From: Chiloscyllium plagiosum
Taxonomy: Eukaryota
Assembly: GCF_004010195.1 (NCBI RefSeq)
Contig: NC_057750.1
Coordinates: 11,569,144-11,633,143, forward strand
Direction of reading: 5' to 3'
DNA length: 64,000 bases
The notes under the pieces were generated by a model that saw only the letters and a program-made list of their open reading frames with translations, did not search any database and was not told where the DNA came from. A program made the translations under genes and the position numbers. Every line of letters starts with the position of its first letter. Positions within the stretch are counted from its first letter, which is position 1. Below, piece by piece: positions 13,462 to 25,224 of this stretch.

Positions 13462-13670
13462 AGTTGAAAAATGTGGTGCTGGAAAAACACAGCAGGCCAG
13501 GCAGCATCCGAGAAGTAGGAGAATCGACGTTTCGGGCATAAGCCCTTCTTCAGGACTTGTGCCCGAAACGTTGATTCTCTTGCTCCTCGGATGCTGCCTG
13601 GCCTGCTGTGTTTTTCCAGCACCACATTTTTCAACTCTGGTCTCCAGCATCTGCAGTCCTCACTTTCTCC
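13462..13670. mobile_element. Penelope-like family A fold-back element
   Basis: Inverted arms and a 15-bp TSD TATGTCAGAGGCTAG (13447-13461 / 13671-13685). Confidence 0.9.
13522..13557 (-). ncRNA. Minimal hammerhead ribozyme motif (family A), intact
   Basis: AGUC-CUGAAGA-A-GGGC(UUAU)GCCC-GAAA-CGUC^GAUU. Confidence 0.75.
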
Positions 13671-13724
13671 TATGTCAGAGGCTAGGAATATTGCAGTTAA
13701 TAACTCACCACCTGACTCCTCAAA

Positions 13725-13791
13725 CAGAGTGTGGTGCTGGAAAAGCACAGCAGGTCAGGTAACATCCGAGGAGCAAGAAGCCCTTCATCAG
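13725..13791 (-). mobile_element. Truncated family A insertion
   Basis: Arm sequence ending in CCCTTCATCAG, with a CTCAAA duplication on both sides. Confidence 0.7.
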
Positions 13792-14929
13792 CTCAAAGCA
13801 AGTCCACTATCTACAAGACATAAAGAGAATGATGGAATATTTCCTCCACTTGCCTGGATGAGTGCATTGCCGACGACAATCAAGAAGCTTGATATCATCT
13901 AGGACAATGTCGCCCAATTGACTGGCACCATATCCATGAACATAGTGTCTCTGCCACAGATATTCTGGATCAGCAGTGTGTACTGGCTACAAGACACATT
14001 GCAGAAATTCACCAAGGCTGCTTAGACAGCACCTTTGAAACCATAACTGTTAACATTTAAAAAGACAAGGACAGCTGATACATGGGAACATTGGTATCTG
14101 CAGGTTACCCAGAAAGCCACTCACCATCCAGATTTGGAAATATAATCATTGCTCTTTCAGTGTCTCTTGGTTAAAATCCTGGAGCTCCCTACCAATGGCA
14201 TTGTAGGTCTACCTGCAGCAAATGACTGCAACAGTTCAGGAAGGCACTTGATCACTACATTCAAGGGCAAGTAGGGATGGGTAATAAATGCTGTCCAGCC
14301 AGCGTTGCCCTAATCTTGTGTTCAAATTGCTTTGTATTCTATTGCATTTTGAGGCTTACAATTATCACAAGCATTCTTTTCTTGTTTCATTTTAATCTCA
14401 ATGGCTAGATTTTCTTTATCATAATTTTTGTCAAACTAGCAGAAATGTCTGGTTTTGCACATGCACAATTAATTAGAGTAATCCAGACAATGCTGCCAAC
14501 AATTCCCTGTTCTTTCAAAGGGATGCTGGTGAAAGTCAATTAAAAATCACGGACTGTTCAAAGAAGACTCCACAAAAAGTTACATATTGTTGAATGAAAT
14601 ACAACTTTAATGATGCATTATGCTATTATAAGTAAATTGTCTCACTGGCCCTGAATATTAATTTTTAATTTCTCCACTTCATGTTAAAAATTCCAGAAAT
14701 TGTTAAGCCAGTAGAAGTTTAAGGTTAACCTTAAAATTAGTGTGATACTCCCATGACTCAGTATAGCATTCATTGCTCTGCTGAGTAGAGCCAAGAGCCT
14801 GTCAATAAGAAAACCGGTGTTATTTTATTTACTATACATGATAATTGATATTTTAAATAAGCATTTAACTTCTAATTGCAATTAAAAATGCATATTATAT
14901 TGTTAGGAAAATGGTAACACTACATTTAC

Positions 14930-15446
14930 TGATGCAAACAGTTGCAAGTCGGCATTCTGGCAAATATGGTGTCATACACTTTAAGAAGGTGGATTACACA
15001 GGTAGCTGCTGAAGGTGGTAGCGATAAGGGCTTGTGTACTGGGCTCAAAAATAAGTATGGACGTCCAAAGTTAAAAGAAGGCAACTAAACTACCAAATAA
15101 TTCCAAAAGGTATGCATAGCCTGCACCAGATTTTTGCATTAGTTGTACCCAGTTCAGCATAGTAGAGGGCTCCAAATAGTGGGAAAAAGCCAACAGTCTT
15201 CAGGGAAAGACTATGGGAGCCACACTGGTTTGGGACACCACCTGGAGACACAAATATTCCAAAACCAATTATGTATCCAACTATTAGAATAATGCCATTA
15301 ATTAAAAGAATTTTTCTTTTTTAGTTGAATTGGAACTTTTAGGAATAATCATCAATATCTTCTGTATGCTGAACGTTCTCATTAAAATCAGAGATAGTGG
15401 CATTATTGGATCGAACTGGCTGCATTTTGACATGTTCTTCAACCAT
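14930..15446 (-). pseudogene. Disabled first coding exon of an SLC7A LAT-family amino-acid transporter (SLC7A6/7-like)
   Basis: Acceptor tttag|gATG. Reads MVEEHVK...KRKILLINGIILIVGYIIGFGIFVSPGGV...[53 protein letters not shown].../CMTPYLPECRLATVCI, then a phase-1 donor GTAAAT. At least 3 stops and 2 frameshifts. Confidence 0.9.
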
Positions 15447-15489
15447 CCTAAAGGACATTATCACAGAGAGAAGCACAAGACATTAAACT

Positions 15490-16265
15490 TGAAAGAGTTC
15501 AGAAGAGATTTACAAGGGTATTGTCAGGTTAGAAGGTTTGAGAGCAGCACTTGTACACGTAATGGTAAGATCCTGGGGAGTGTTGCTAAACAAAGATCTT
15601 GGAGTGCAGATTCATAGTTCCTTGAAAGTGGAGTCTCAGGGAGACAAGATAGTGAAGGTGGCATTTGGTATGCTTGCCTTTATTGGTCAGTACGTTGAGT
15701 ATAGGAATTGGGAAGTCATGTTGCAGCTGTACATTGGTAAGGCCACTTTTGGAATAGCAATTCTAATCTCCCTCTTATAGGAAAGATGTTGTGAAATTTG
15801 AAAGGGTTCAGAAATGATTTACAAGGATATTGCCAGGGTTGGAGGATTTGAGTTATAGGGAGAGGCTGAATAGGTTGGGGCTGTTTTGCCTGAAGCGTCA
15901 GAGGCTGAGGGGTTACCTTATGGAGGTTTATAAAATCGTGCTGGACATGGATAGAATGAAAAGCCAAGGTCTTTAACCACAGAGTAGAGGAGTCTGAAAC
16001 CAGAGGGCATAATTTAAAAGGGGCCTAAGGAGCAACTTTTTCATGTAGAGAGTGGTGCATGTATGGAATGAGCTGCCAGATGAAGTGGTGGAGGTTGGTA
16101 CAATTACAACATTTAAAAGGCACCTGGATGGGTACATGAATAGGAAGGGTTTAGAGGGAAATGGGCCAAATGCTGGCAAACGAGATTAGGCCAGTTAGGA
16201 TATCTGGACAGCCTGGGCAAGTTAGACTGAAGGATCTGTTTCTGTGCTGCATAACTCTATGACTC
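15490..16265 (+). mobile_element. CR1 LINE 3' fragment
   Basis: DLGVQIHSSLKVESQ..., then a CR1 3'UTR ending TATGACTCT. Confidence 0.9.
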
Positions 16266-16708
16266 TAAGTAAAAGAGTGGAGAAGTTCAGAGAGAGGTTG
16301 CGGGTGGAACATTGGGTGAATGCATTGTGATCTTGCACAAGTCATCATTCCATGTTTGATTTTGAACATCTCAGCACAATCAGAATTATCACAATTTGCC
16401 TCATTACCATGAGGCAGAAGAGGAAAAGTAAACAGTCTTATATGCCATTCATAATATCTTAAAGGGAACAGTCTCATTCATAAACAATTTTAAAAAGTCA
16501 GAAAGCCCACAAAATTCATGAAACCAAAACAAATTGTCAGTATGTCATGGAAATGATATGCTTCCATACATCAGATTCAATTTTCTGTCATCTTAATAAA
16601 TTAATAAAAAGAAAAACAGGGTATATTTTAGGAATTTCAGACCAACACACATTACAAAGATTGCTCTACCTCCACATGCAGTAATCATTCCTGGCTCCCA
16701 AATCCTAC

Positions 16709-16783
16709 TGGTCCCCAGGAAATTGCTTTTCCAGCAACACATTTTCAGTTCTGATCTCCAGCATCTGCAGTCCACACTTTCTC
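16709..16783 (+). mobile_element. Family A 3'-end-only insertion
   Basis: 14-bp TSD CTCCCAAATCCTAC (16695-16708 / 16784-16797). Confidence 0.75.
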
Positions 16784-17308
16784 CTCCCAAATCCTACACC
16801 AGGAGCATGAAATATAAATTTCCTCTGAAATATGAGAGCTGCTTCACTGGTTCACAAAACAGGCCAAGGGAATACTATTTGGATAACACAAATTCCTACC
16901 TGGATAATAGCATGCTCGCTGTTGATAACTTGGTTGTGTGATGAGCTGTCATTACTGTCAATACAGTGAATCTAGTGGAAAAGAACAACGGTAAACAGTT
17001 TTTTAAAAGTAGTCCGGGCCCAAAATCTCAGTTGTTTTTACCCTAACAGTTGTTCTATGAAATAGCTTTTCCAGTGTTTGGAAAAACAATTCCACTCCAA
17101 GTCTCACACCCTTGCTGCAGCTTCAATTGCAGATTCTGTCCTGAGAAGAACTGCATGTTGTGGACAGACAGAATCTGTGGTTGAAGGTGCAGCTCCTCAC
17201 AGATTCAGTCTTTGCCCTGTGATTTAACTTTCCATGCTTCACAGTTTTTGAGACAGCTTCACCCTCTGAACGCATATATTTTCAACATTAAGCAGTGAAC
17301 CTGAAATA

Positions 17309-18610
17309 TGAAGTCAGAATTCACACAACACCAGGTTATAGTCCAACAGATTTATTTGAAATCACAAGCTTTCAGAGCGCTGCTCCTTTGCCAGGTGAAC
17401 TCCCTTGATGGAGATGCATTGTCCAAGAATGAGACTGATTCTGAAGAGTAGTCTATGGTAAGTCTGATGGTGGGATGAAACTTGTTGATATTGTCATGTA
17501 GTTGTTTCAGCGATTCCTTGCCATGCGTACAAAGTATATCTAGTGTACAGTACTGGTTGGAGGTCCTGTGCAGCGAATAGTTTTGCTTAACTTGTGCATG
17601 AAAATACTGGCATATTGGGATACAAATATGGTCCCAATGTCTGTTCTGTGTGTCTGAATGAAGACCTGGTTGTCGAAGGTGAAGATGTTGTGGTCGAGGA
17701 TGAAACTGATGAGTTATAGGTTAGCATCTAGGAATTGGCAGTTGTTTGTGTTGAGTACTGAGGTTTTCGCAGTGATGTCGATGAGGTGAGGGATGCTATT
17801 GTAGAGTTCCAAAACGTCCATTATGACGAAGTTTAACTGGTCTGTGCATGCTGAGTTTGTGTAAGAAGTCTGTAGTGTCACAACAGAAGCTGGCGGTTCG
17901 TTATACAATGGGTTTCAAGATCTCTCAACATAGCCAGAGAGGTACTCACACTGGTTCCCATTGCCTGATATAATGGGATGACCAGGTGTGTTGGCTTTGT
18001 ACCTTCAGAAGCCAGAAGTGTCTTATGCGAGAAGTACAAAGGATGACAGCACATAGAATACTCTAAAGGTCTTGATCAGTCTGTTGAGTTGACGAGTGTG
18101 TTCTTTGGTTGGATTGGCAGATAATTGTCTGTAGTGTTCCTTGTTGTTTAGTTCTCAATATGCTTCTTTGCAGTGGTCCATTCTATTCTGTACGAGGATG
18201 GCTCCTCTTTTGTCTGCTAGTTTGATGACTATGTTGCGGTTGGTCTTGAGAGCATGGATGGTGTTGTGTTGGGCTTGGGTGACATTCTGGGCCATCTTAT
18301 AAACACAGCTGATGAATCTGGCATTGATGTCTCGAGCATACATGTCTAGCTTAGGGCGGTCTTCTGGATGGGTCCAATTCGACTCTTTCTTCTTTGGTTA
18401 CTGCACTATGGGTCTCTCTGTCAACTGTTCCAGTTCAGTGGTTGTCTAATTGACATGGGGTTTGTGGAAGAATTCCCACAGCCTCACTTCACCTGACGAA
18501 GGAGCAGCGCTCTGAAAGCTTGTGATTTCAAATAAACCTGTTGGGCTATACCTGGTGTCATGTGACTTCTGACTTCACCCACCCCAGTCCAACACTGGCT
18601 TCTCCATATC
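17309..18610 (-). mobile_element. Penelope-like retroelement: decayed RT flanked by inverted family B hammerhead repeats
   Basis: - strand reads IVIKLADKRGAILV, MDVLELYNSIPH, FILDHNIFTFDNQVFIQTHRTDIGT..QYASIFM and NKFHPTIRLT..VSFLD. Inverted arms at 17309-17399 and 18488-18577, plus a tail. Confidence 0.9.
18489..18525 (+). ncRNA. Minimal hammerhead ribozyme motif (family B)
   Basis: UCAC-CUGACGA-A-GGAGC(AGC)GCUCU-GAAA-GCUU^GUGA. Palindromic AGCU stem III, G-U pair at the base of stem II. Confidence 0.65.
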
Positions 18611-19041
18611 TGAAACACAAATGTAGCCTAAGGGTGGATGTGGAAAAACTACTGCACCAAAATGATTTGTTTATCCTCTCTGCCCTAAATCATGGCTGAC
18701 CATATAACTCACCAGTATTTTTCTGCAATATCCCTATATCTGTTGATGTTATTAATATCTAGAAATCTACATTGAACAAACTCAATGGCTGAGTTGCTCC
18801 AAAGTATAGAAATCCAAACATTTACCGTACTGGGTGAAGAAATTCCTCCTCATCTACATCTCTATGACTCTATAAATAGCCTGGCCTTTATTCTGACACT
18901 ATATTCCCTGGTTTAAGATCCCGCACACCCAGCAAGGAGAAAAATCCTCCCTGCACTTCCTCTGCCTAGCCCTTTAAGGATTTTGTATATTTCAATGAGA
19001 TCACCTCTGATTCTTCTAAGCTCCAAAGAATACATGCTCAG

Positions 19042-19290
19042 AAGGGAAGACAATGTCCTAGTGGTATTATTGCTAGACTATTAATCTAGAAGCTCAGGCA
19101 ATGTTCGAGAGACCTGAGTTTGAATCCCATCACAGCTGTTAGTGGAATTTGAATTGAACAAATATCTGCTATTAAGCAGCTAACGATGACCATGAAACCA
19201 GCATTGATTGTTGGAAAAGTTCACTAATGTCCTTACCTGGTTTAGTTTAAATGTGACTCCAGACCACAGTAATGTGTTTGACTCTCAACT
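19042..19290 (+). mobile_element. tRNA-derived SINE (5760 family), 3'-truncated
   Basis: Head and body match the 11228 copy. Confidence 0.7.
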
Positions 19291-19472
19291 GTCACTCAGT
19301 TGTAACAATTGCAACAATGTCTTAAAAACAAAATGCAACTTGATGGACCATCTCGCACCAGAAGCAACACCAGCAAGAACAGCCCTGTCAAATCTGCAAA
19401 GCTTTCCTTCCTAACACCTGGGGACCAGTACCAAAATTGGGAGAGCTGTTTCTCATACTCGTCAAGATATGA

Positions 19473-19683
19473 GTTGAGAGTGTAGTGCTGGAAAAGCACA
19501 GCAGCTCAGGCAGCATCTGAGGAGCAGGAGAATTGCCATTTCGGGCATAAGTCCTTCATCAGGACCGCTTCTGCCCGAAATGCCGATTCTCTTGCTCTTC
19601 GGATGCTGCCTGACCTGCTGTACTTTTCCAGCACTCCACTCTCGACTCTGAGCTCCAGCATCCGCAGTCCTCACTTTCTCCTA
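19473..19683. mobile_element. Penelope-like family A fold-back element with decayed hammerhead
   Basis: Inverted arms and a 12-bp TSD GTCAAG(A/G)TATGA. Confidence 0.85.
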
Positions 19684-20339
19684 GTCAAGGTATGATTCAG
19701 AGACTGTCACAATGACCCACAGAATCTAGTCTGGGTGGGAATTTCAATGTCCACCATCAAGAGTAGCTTGCCACCTGTACAACTGATCAAGCTGGTAGGA
19801 TCCTAAACGATTTTGCTGCTAGACTGGGTCTACAATAGGTGGTGAGGGAATCAACAAGTGGGAAAAATTTACTTGACCTCATCCTCACTAATTTGCCTGC
19901 CGCAGGCACATCTGTTTATGATAGTATTGGAGACAGTAACCACTGCATAGTCCTTTTCACATTGAGAAGATCTTACATCGTGTTGGATGGCCCTAACACG
20001 GTGCTTGATGGGACAGACTTTGAACAGATCTAGCAACTCCAGACTGGGCATCCATGAGGTTCTGTGGGCCATCAGCAGAACAGAACTGTACTCCAACACA
20101 ATCTAAAAACTTCATAGCCTGGCATATACCCTTCTTTACCATTACCATCAAGCCAGGGGATCAACTCTGGCAGGCAGGCGTACCATGAGCAGTCCCAGGC
20201 ATACCAAAATGAGTTATCGACCTGATGAAACTACAAAACAGAAGTACTTCCATGCCAAACAATATAAGTAGCAAGTGACAAACAGAATTAAGCAATCCCA
20301 CCAACAATGAATCAGATCTACGTTCTGCCACATCTATTC

Positions 20340-21262
20340 GGTGCATTGTTATTTGTCATTGATAGCAAGCATGGTTTGTAAGTTTGTAGATGACACCAAA
20401 ATTGGTGGTATAGCGGACAGGTTATCCAAGAATACAACTGGATCTTGATCAGCAACCCCAATGGGCCGAGGAGTGGCAGATGGAGTTTAATTTAGATAAA
20501 TGCAAGGTGTTGCATTTTGGTAAGACAAACCATGGCAGGGTTTACACAGTTAAAGGTAGGACCCCGGAGAGAGTTGTCAACCTCGTGGTTCAAATACATA
20601 GCTCCTTGAAAGTGGCATTACTGATAGACAGAGTAGCAAAGGAGAAGTTTGATATGCGTGCCTTCATTGGTCAGAGGATTGAGTACAGGATTTGTGATTT
20701 CATGTTGTGGCTGTATAGTTCATTAGTGAGGCCACTTTGGAGTACTGTGTATACATTTCTGATTGCTCTGCCAAAGGAAGGATATTGCTAAATTAGAAAG
20801 GGTGCAAAAAAAATTACAAGGATGTTATCAGAATTAGAGGATTTCAGTTATAAGGAGAGGCTGAGTAGGCTGGGACTTTTTTCCCTGAAACATAGAGGGT
20901 TGAGGGACCTTATAGAGATTTATAAAATCATGAGGGCATAGATAAGATGAATAACAAAGATCTTTTCGCTAGGGCAGGGGAATTTAAAACCAGAGGGTAC
21001 AGTTTTAAGGTGAGAGGGGAAAGATTTAAAAGAGTCCTGAGGGGCAACTTTTTCATACAAAGGGTGGTGAATATATGGAATGAAATGCCAGAAGACATTG
21101 TTGACGCAGGTATAGTTACAACATTTAAAATACATTTGGATAGGTACAAGAAAAGGAAAGGTTTAGAGGAATGGGCCAAAAGCAGGCAAATGGGAGTAGT
21201 TTAGTTTGTGAAACCTGGTTGACATGGACAAGATGGACCAAAGGGTTGTTACATGACTCTAT
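20340..21262 (+). mobile_element. CR1 LINE 3' part nested in the older LINE
   Basis: KFVDDTK, MEFNLDKCKVLHFG and a 3'UTR. Confidence 0.9.
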
Positions 21263-21882
21263 GGTGGTGGACAATCAAACAAACCACTGGAGAGGAGGCT
21301 TCATAAATATTCCCATCATCGATGTTAGGAGAGCCCAGCACATCAATACAAAAGATAAGGCTGAAGCCTTTGCAACAATATTAAGCTTCGAGTGATGAGT
21401 AAATGATCCATCTCGGTCTCCTTCAGAGGTCCCTAGCATCTCGGATGCCAGTCTTCAGCCAATTCAGTTCTCTGTATGTGATATCACGAAGTGGTTGAGG
21501 GCACTGGATACTGCAAAGGTGATGAGCCCTGACAATATTTCAGCAATAGGAGAAGGCTTGTGCTCCAAAACCTGCCAAACCCCTATCCAAGCTGTTCCAC
21601 TGCAGCTACAACACTGGCATTTAACCATCAATGTTATAAATTGCCCTGGGATGTCCTCTACAGAAACATTAACATTGCAGGAACTGTAAGCAATAACAAT
21701 ATCAAATGGTATGTTGGCTTTTATCGCAAGATAATTTGAGTATAGGAGTAAAAGAATCCAACCTGTTCAACTACCACTCCATCAGTCTGCCTTCAAACAT
21801 CAGTAAAGTGATAGAAGGTGAACAGGGATATATTAAGAAGCACCTGCTCAGCAATAACCAAATTTCTGCTAGGACCAGTCTC

Positions 21883-21980
21883 ACTCCTGATGAATGGCTT
21901 TTGACCGAACCGTCGATTCTCCTGCTCCTCGGATGCTGCCTGACTTGCTGTGCTTTTCCAGCACCACACTCTGAACTCTC
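21883..21980 (+). mobile_element. Family A single arm with degenerate hammerhead
   Basis: CTGATGA-A-TGGCTTTTGACC-GAAC-CGTC-GATT followed by the family A body. Confidence 0.8.
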
Positions 21981-22019
21981 AGCTAACTGTTCAATCTCCA
22001 GCCAATTGGTCTTGGGACG

Positions 22020-22740
22020 CTCCACGATTTAAAGACAACAATCGGACGTCGGCTTTAGTCTCGAGCACATTGAACGTTTGCTTCCCGCCTGTTCCTCGTC
22101 GCACCAATCAGTGATCTCGTTGGGCGCATGCACCCTACCGCCCCAACCGGACTGACGAAGTACGTATGCACCTGATCGCCCCGCCTCCTCGACAACGAAT
22201 TGAGCATGCGTCATGCTGCCCGGCTGGTGGGAATTGCGCAGGCGCGGATTTCCGCGGGTGCTTGAGAGCGGGACTGGCAGAACGAAAACGGTAAAACAAA
22301 AATAACTGGGGTGAAACCCGGTGAGGGGAAAGCAGAAGTCTAATGGCGAGATAAGACCCATGCCTGGCTCTGTGATTCTCCGCGTCTTTGTGACGTACGT
22401 GTCCTGGGTCGAGGCTTTCCCCGCGTGGAATAGGCCGCAGGCCTTTGTTACTGCGGGCTCTAGTGATGATGCGTTGACCGGGCAAGGGAGAGGGAGCAGC
22501 CGGCCGGAAAATTCATTGCCAGTCCCAGATTCACTGTCAGTAACTGGGTGGACCTCGCTGTTTTAGTTCGGGGCAGGGGGCGGGGTGCTAATGGACCTGC
22601 GAGCAGTCGGATCGCCGACTTCTGGTGTCCGGGTTGATAGAGGGCTTCAGTTTCCTTATCCCCGAGGTCGTTACTGAAATCCGGATTTTGGCTCACCGAC
22701 TTCATTCTTGTACGAGGCAGTCCCCTGATCTTACGAAAAG
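22020..22740 (+). promoter_or_regulatory. CpG-island promoter of the SRSF7-like gene
   Basis: Only long CpG-rich stretch in the window. Contains CCAAT (22104-22108), NRF1-like GCGCATGCAC (22124-22133) and TGCGCAGGCGC (22235-22245), GC boxes (~22178, ~22577) and TGACG half-sites. Lies upstream of the first coding exon. Confidence 0.85.
22240..22320 (+). other. SRSF7: Putative non-coding exon 1 of the SRSF7-like gene (start site approximate)
   Basis: Donor CCG|GTGAGG at 22320/22321 inside the CpG island, with an alternative ACG|GTAAAA at 22290/22291. Exon 2 starts at an acceptor just before the ATG, so an upstream exon is required. Confidence 0.5.
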
Positions 22741-23059
22741 CAGTCTGCATTAGTTTGTATTTTTAACTAGTCGGGGGGGGGGACCTTTTATTCTTCAATG
22801 CACAAGAAAGCAGAATAATCCTTTAAACTAGTCTCATGCTATCAACGCTTCTTTCTCCCCTTTTCCTCCTTTGCTCCGGTATTGCATTGTATTAGCTTGT
22901 CTGAACCTGTTAACATAATGATATTGATCTGTTTGCTTCTTTGATTAGGTGAGAGAGATCATTTAACTTATGGGTGGGTGATTTCAATCGGACTTCTGTT
23001 GTTTTGTTACAACACTTGTGTTTTCTTTATTGTAACAAGGCTTTGTTAACTACTTAAAG

Positions 23060-23797
23060 TTATAGAGATGTACAGCATGGAAACATACCCTTCGGTCCAA
23101 CCCGTCCATGCTGACCAGATATCCCAACCCAATCTAGTCCCACCTGCCAGCACCCGGCCCATATCCCTCCAAGCCCTTTCTATTCATATACCCATCCAAA
23201 TGCCTCTTAAATGTTGCAATTGTATCAGCCTCCACCACATCCTCTGACAGCTCATTCCATACACATACCACTCTCTGCGTGAAAAAGTTGCCCCTTAGGT
23301 CTCTTTTATATCTTTCCCCTCACAGTAAACCTATGCTCTCTAGTTCTGGACTCCCTGACCCAAAAGACTTTGTCTATTTATCCTATCCATGCCCCTTATA
23401 ATTTTGTAAACCTCTATAAGGTCACCCCTCAGCCTCTGACGCTCCAGGGAAAACAGCCCCAGCCTGTTCAGCCTCTCCCTGCAGCTCAGATCCTCCAACC
23501 CTGGCAACATCCTTGTAAATCTTTTCTGAACCCTTTCAACTTTCACAACATCTTTCCGATAGGAAGGAGACCAGAATTGCATGCAATATTCCAACAGTGG
23601 CCTAACCAATGTCCTGTACCACCACCACATGACCTCCCAACTCCGCTACTCAATACTCTGACCAATAACGAAAAGCATACCAAATGCCGCCTTCATTATC
23701 CTATCTACCTGCGACTCCACTTTCAAGGAGCTATGAATCTGCACTCCAAGGTCTTTTTGTTCAGCAACACTCCCTAGAACCTTACCATTAAGTGTAC
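23060..23797 (-). mobile_element. CR1 LINE 3' fragment, little diverged
   Basis: YRTLVRPLLEYCMQFWSPSYRKD...LRGDLIEVYKI. Confidence 0.92.
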
Positions 23798-23827
23798 TTG
23801 TGGAATTTCGGTTGTATTGTGGAGGTG

Positions 23828-24027
23828 ATGATTTGGAGGTGCTGGTGTTGGACTGGGGTGGACAAAGTTAAAAATCACAACACCAGGTTATAGTCCAACA
23901 GGTTTATTTCGAAACACTAACTTTTGCAGTGCTGCTCCTTCATCAACTAACCGATAAAGGACCATTGTTGCAAAAGCTAGTGCTTCCAAATAAACCTGTT
24001 GGACTATAACCTGGTGTGATTTTTAAC
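23828..24027. mobile_element. Penelope-like family B fold-back element
   Basis: Inverted GTTAAAAATCAC..CCAGGTTATAGTCCAACAGGTTTATTT arms, tail on the left. Confidence 0.85.
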
Positions 24028-25224
24028 AGTATTAAAGCAGTGTCGATATAAAGCAAAGCTTCATGACTTTGTTAGCTGGGCTATATAAGGCTAGGAAGTA
24101 TCTTGTTTAATAGCTGGTCGTTATTAAACAGCCCAGTGCGACAGTGCACGAGTGACCTAGATGTCTTATTTTCCATGGGGGTGAAGGAAGGGTTGTAGGA
24201 ACATGTTATTGAATGTACAGATATTACATTTAACCTAAGTGCCCCCATGGTCAGGGAGCATCCTGTCATGGTGCAAAAGCTCATGCATGGACAAGGTGTT
24301 ATGGTCTCTTAAGAAACAGGAAAATGTGTGTGCTGTTCAGCCCCTCAAACCTGCTCTGTCATTCAGTAGGATTATGGCTGATCTAACACTCTTCACATCC
24401 ACTTTCTTGGATTTTTCCTGTAACTTTTGATTTCTCCTACTAATCAAGAATCTGTCTCCGCTTTAAACATATACCGCTCTGACCCCACAGCACCTTGTGG
24501 CAAAGAGTTCCAAAGACATTAAAGCTCGGAAGAAATTCCTCCTCATTTTAATTTTAATTTGACACTCTTTAAGCCAAAGACTACACCCGCTGGTCCTAAA
24601 CTGTCCCATGAGGGGAAACATTCTGTCTGTGTTTACCCGTTAAGCCCCTTGAGAATCCCATATGTTTCAATTAGATCACCTCTCATTCTTCTAAATTCAA
24701 ACAAATGGAATCCTAGGGATGAATTCAGAATATACAGTGCTGAACATTGGAGCTTAGGTTCCAATCACTTTGGCACTGGTGTTGATTTCAGCTGGTGGCT
24801 ATGTGACATTGTTTCATTACAATTCTAGTCACTCTTGACAAAAGCAGCTAACCTACTGAGCTCTCTGTTTCATGTATAAATCACTGGATTCAGTCTGAAC
24901 TGATAATGGATAAAGTGTGGCTACATTCTGCTTTTGTTTCCTCAGATTAGTGAGAGACTAGTCAAGATTACAGAATGAAAGTATAAACATTTGAGGGTCA
25001 TAGTTTAGAATGCATCTTCACTGGTGGTGCAGATCCTCCGTTGGCTTGAAGATAATAAGTCTGAGACTTCCGTGGCACGATACTCAATGCATTGCTCTCA
25101 TTCTTTACGAATTCACTGTTTCAGCTAGTGGTTAATGGTATTTCTTTCAGACGTAACATAACATGAGTGGGTGGAAGAGAACTTCTGTAAATCTGACATT
25201 GTATAATCAAATATGAGTGAGAAT

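Larger units (their letters stand above)
12830..14320 (+). mobile_element. CR1/L2-clade LINE 3' part, interrupted by three family A insertions
   Basis: Degenerate RT motifs (ALDIK, IPQ..L, F.ND, MFTHD) and a tail shared with the SINE at 5760. Confidence 0.75.
19340..21860 (+). mobile_element. Degenerate CR1/L2-clade LINE (endonuclease to RT N-terminus), interrupted
   Basis: VRESTSGKNLLDLILTN, KDKAEAFA, LDTAKVMSPDNI, YHSISLPSNISKVIE. Confidence 0.7.
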
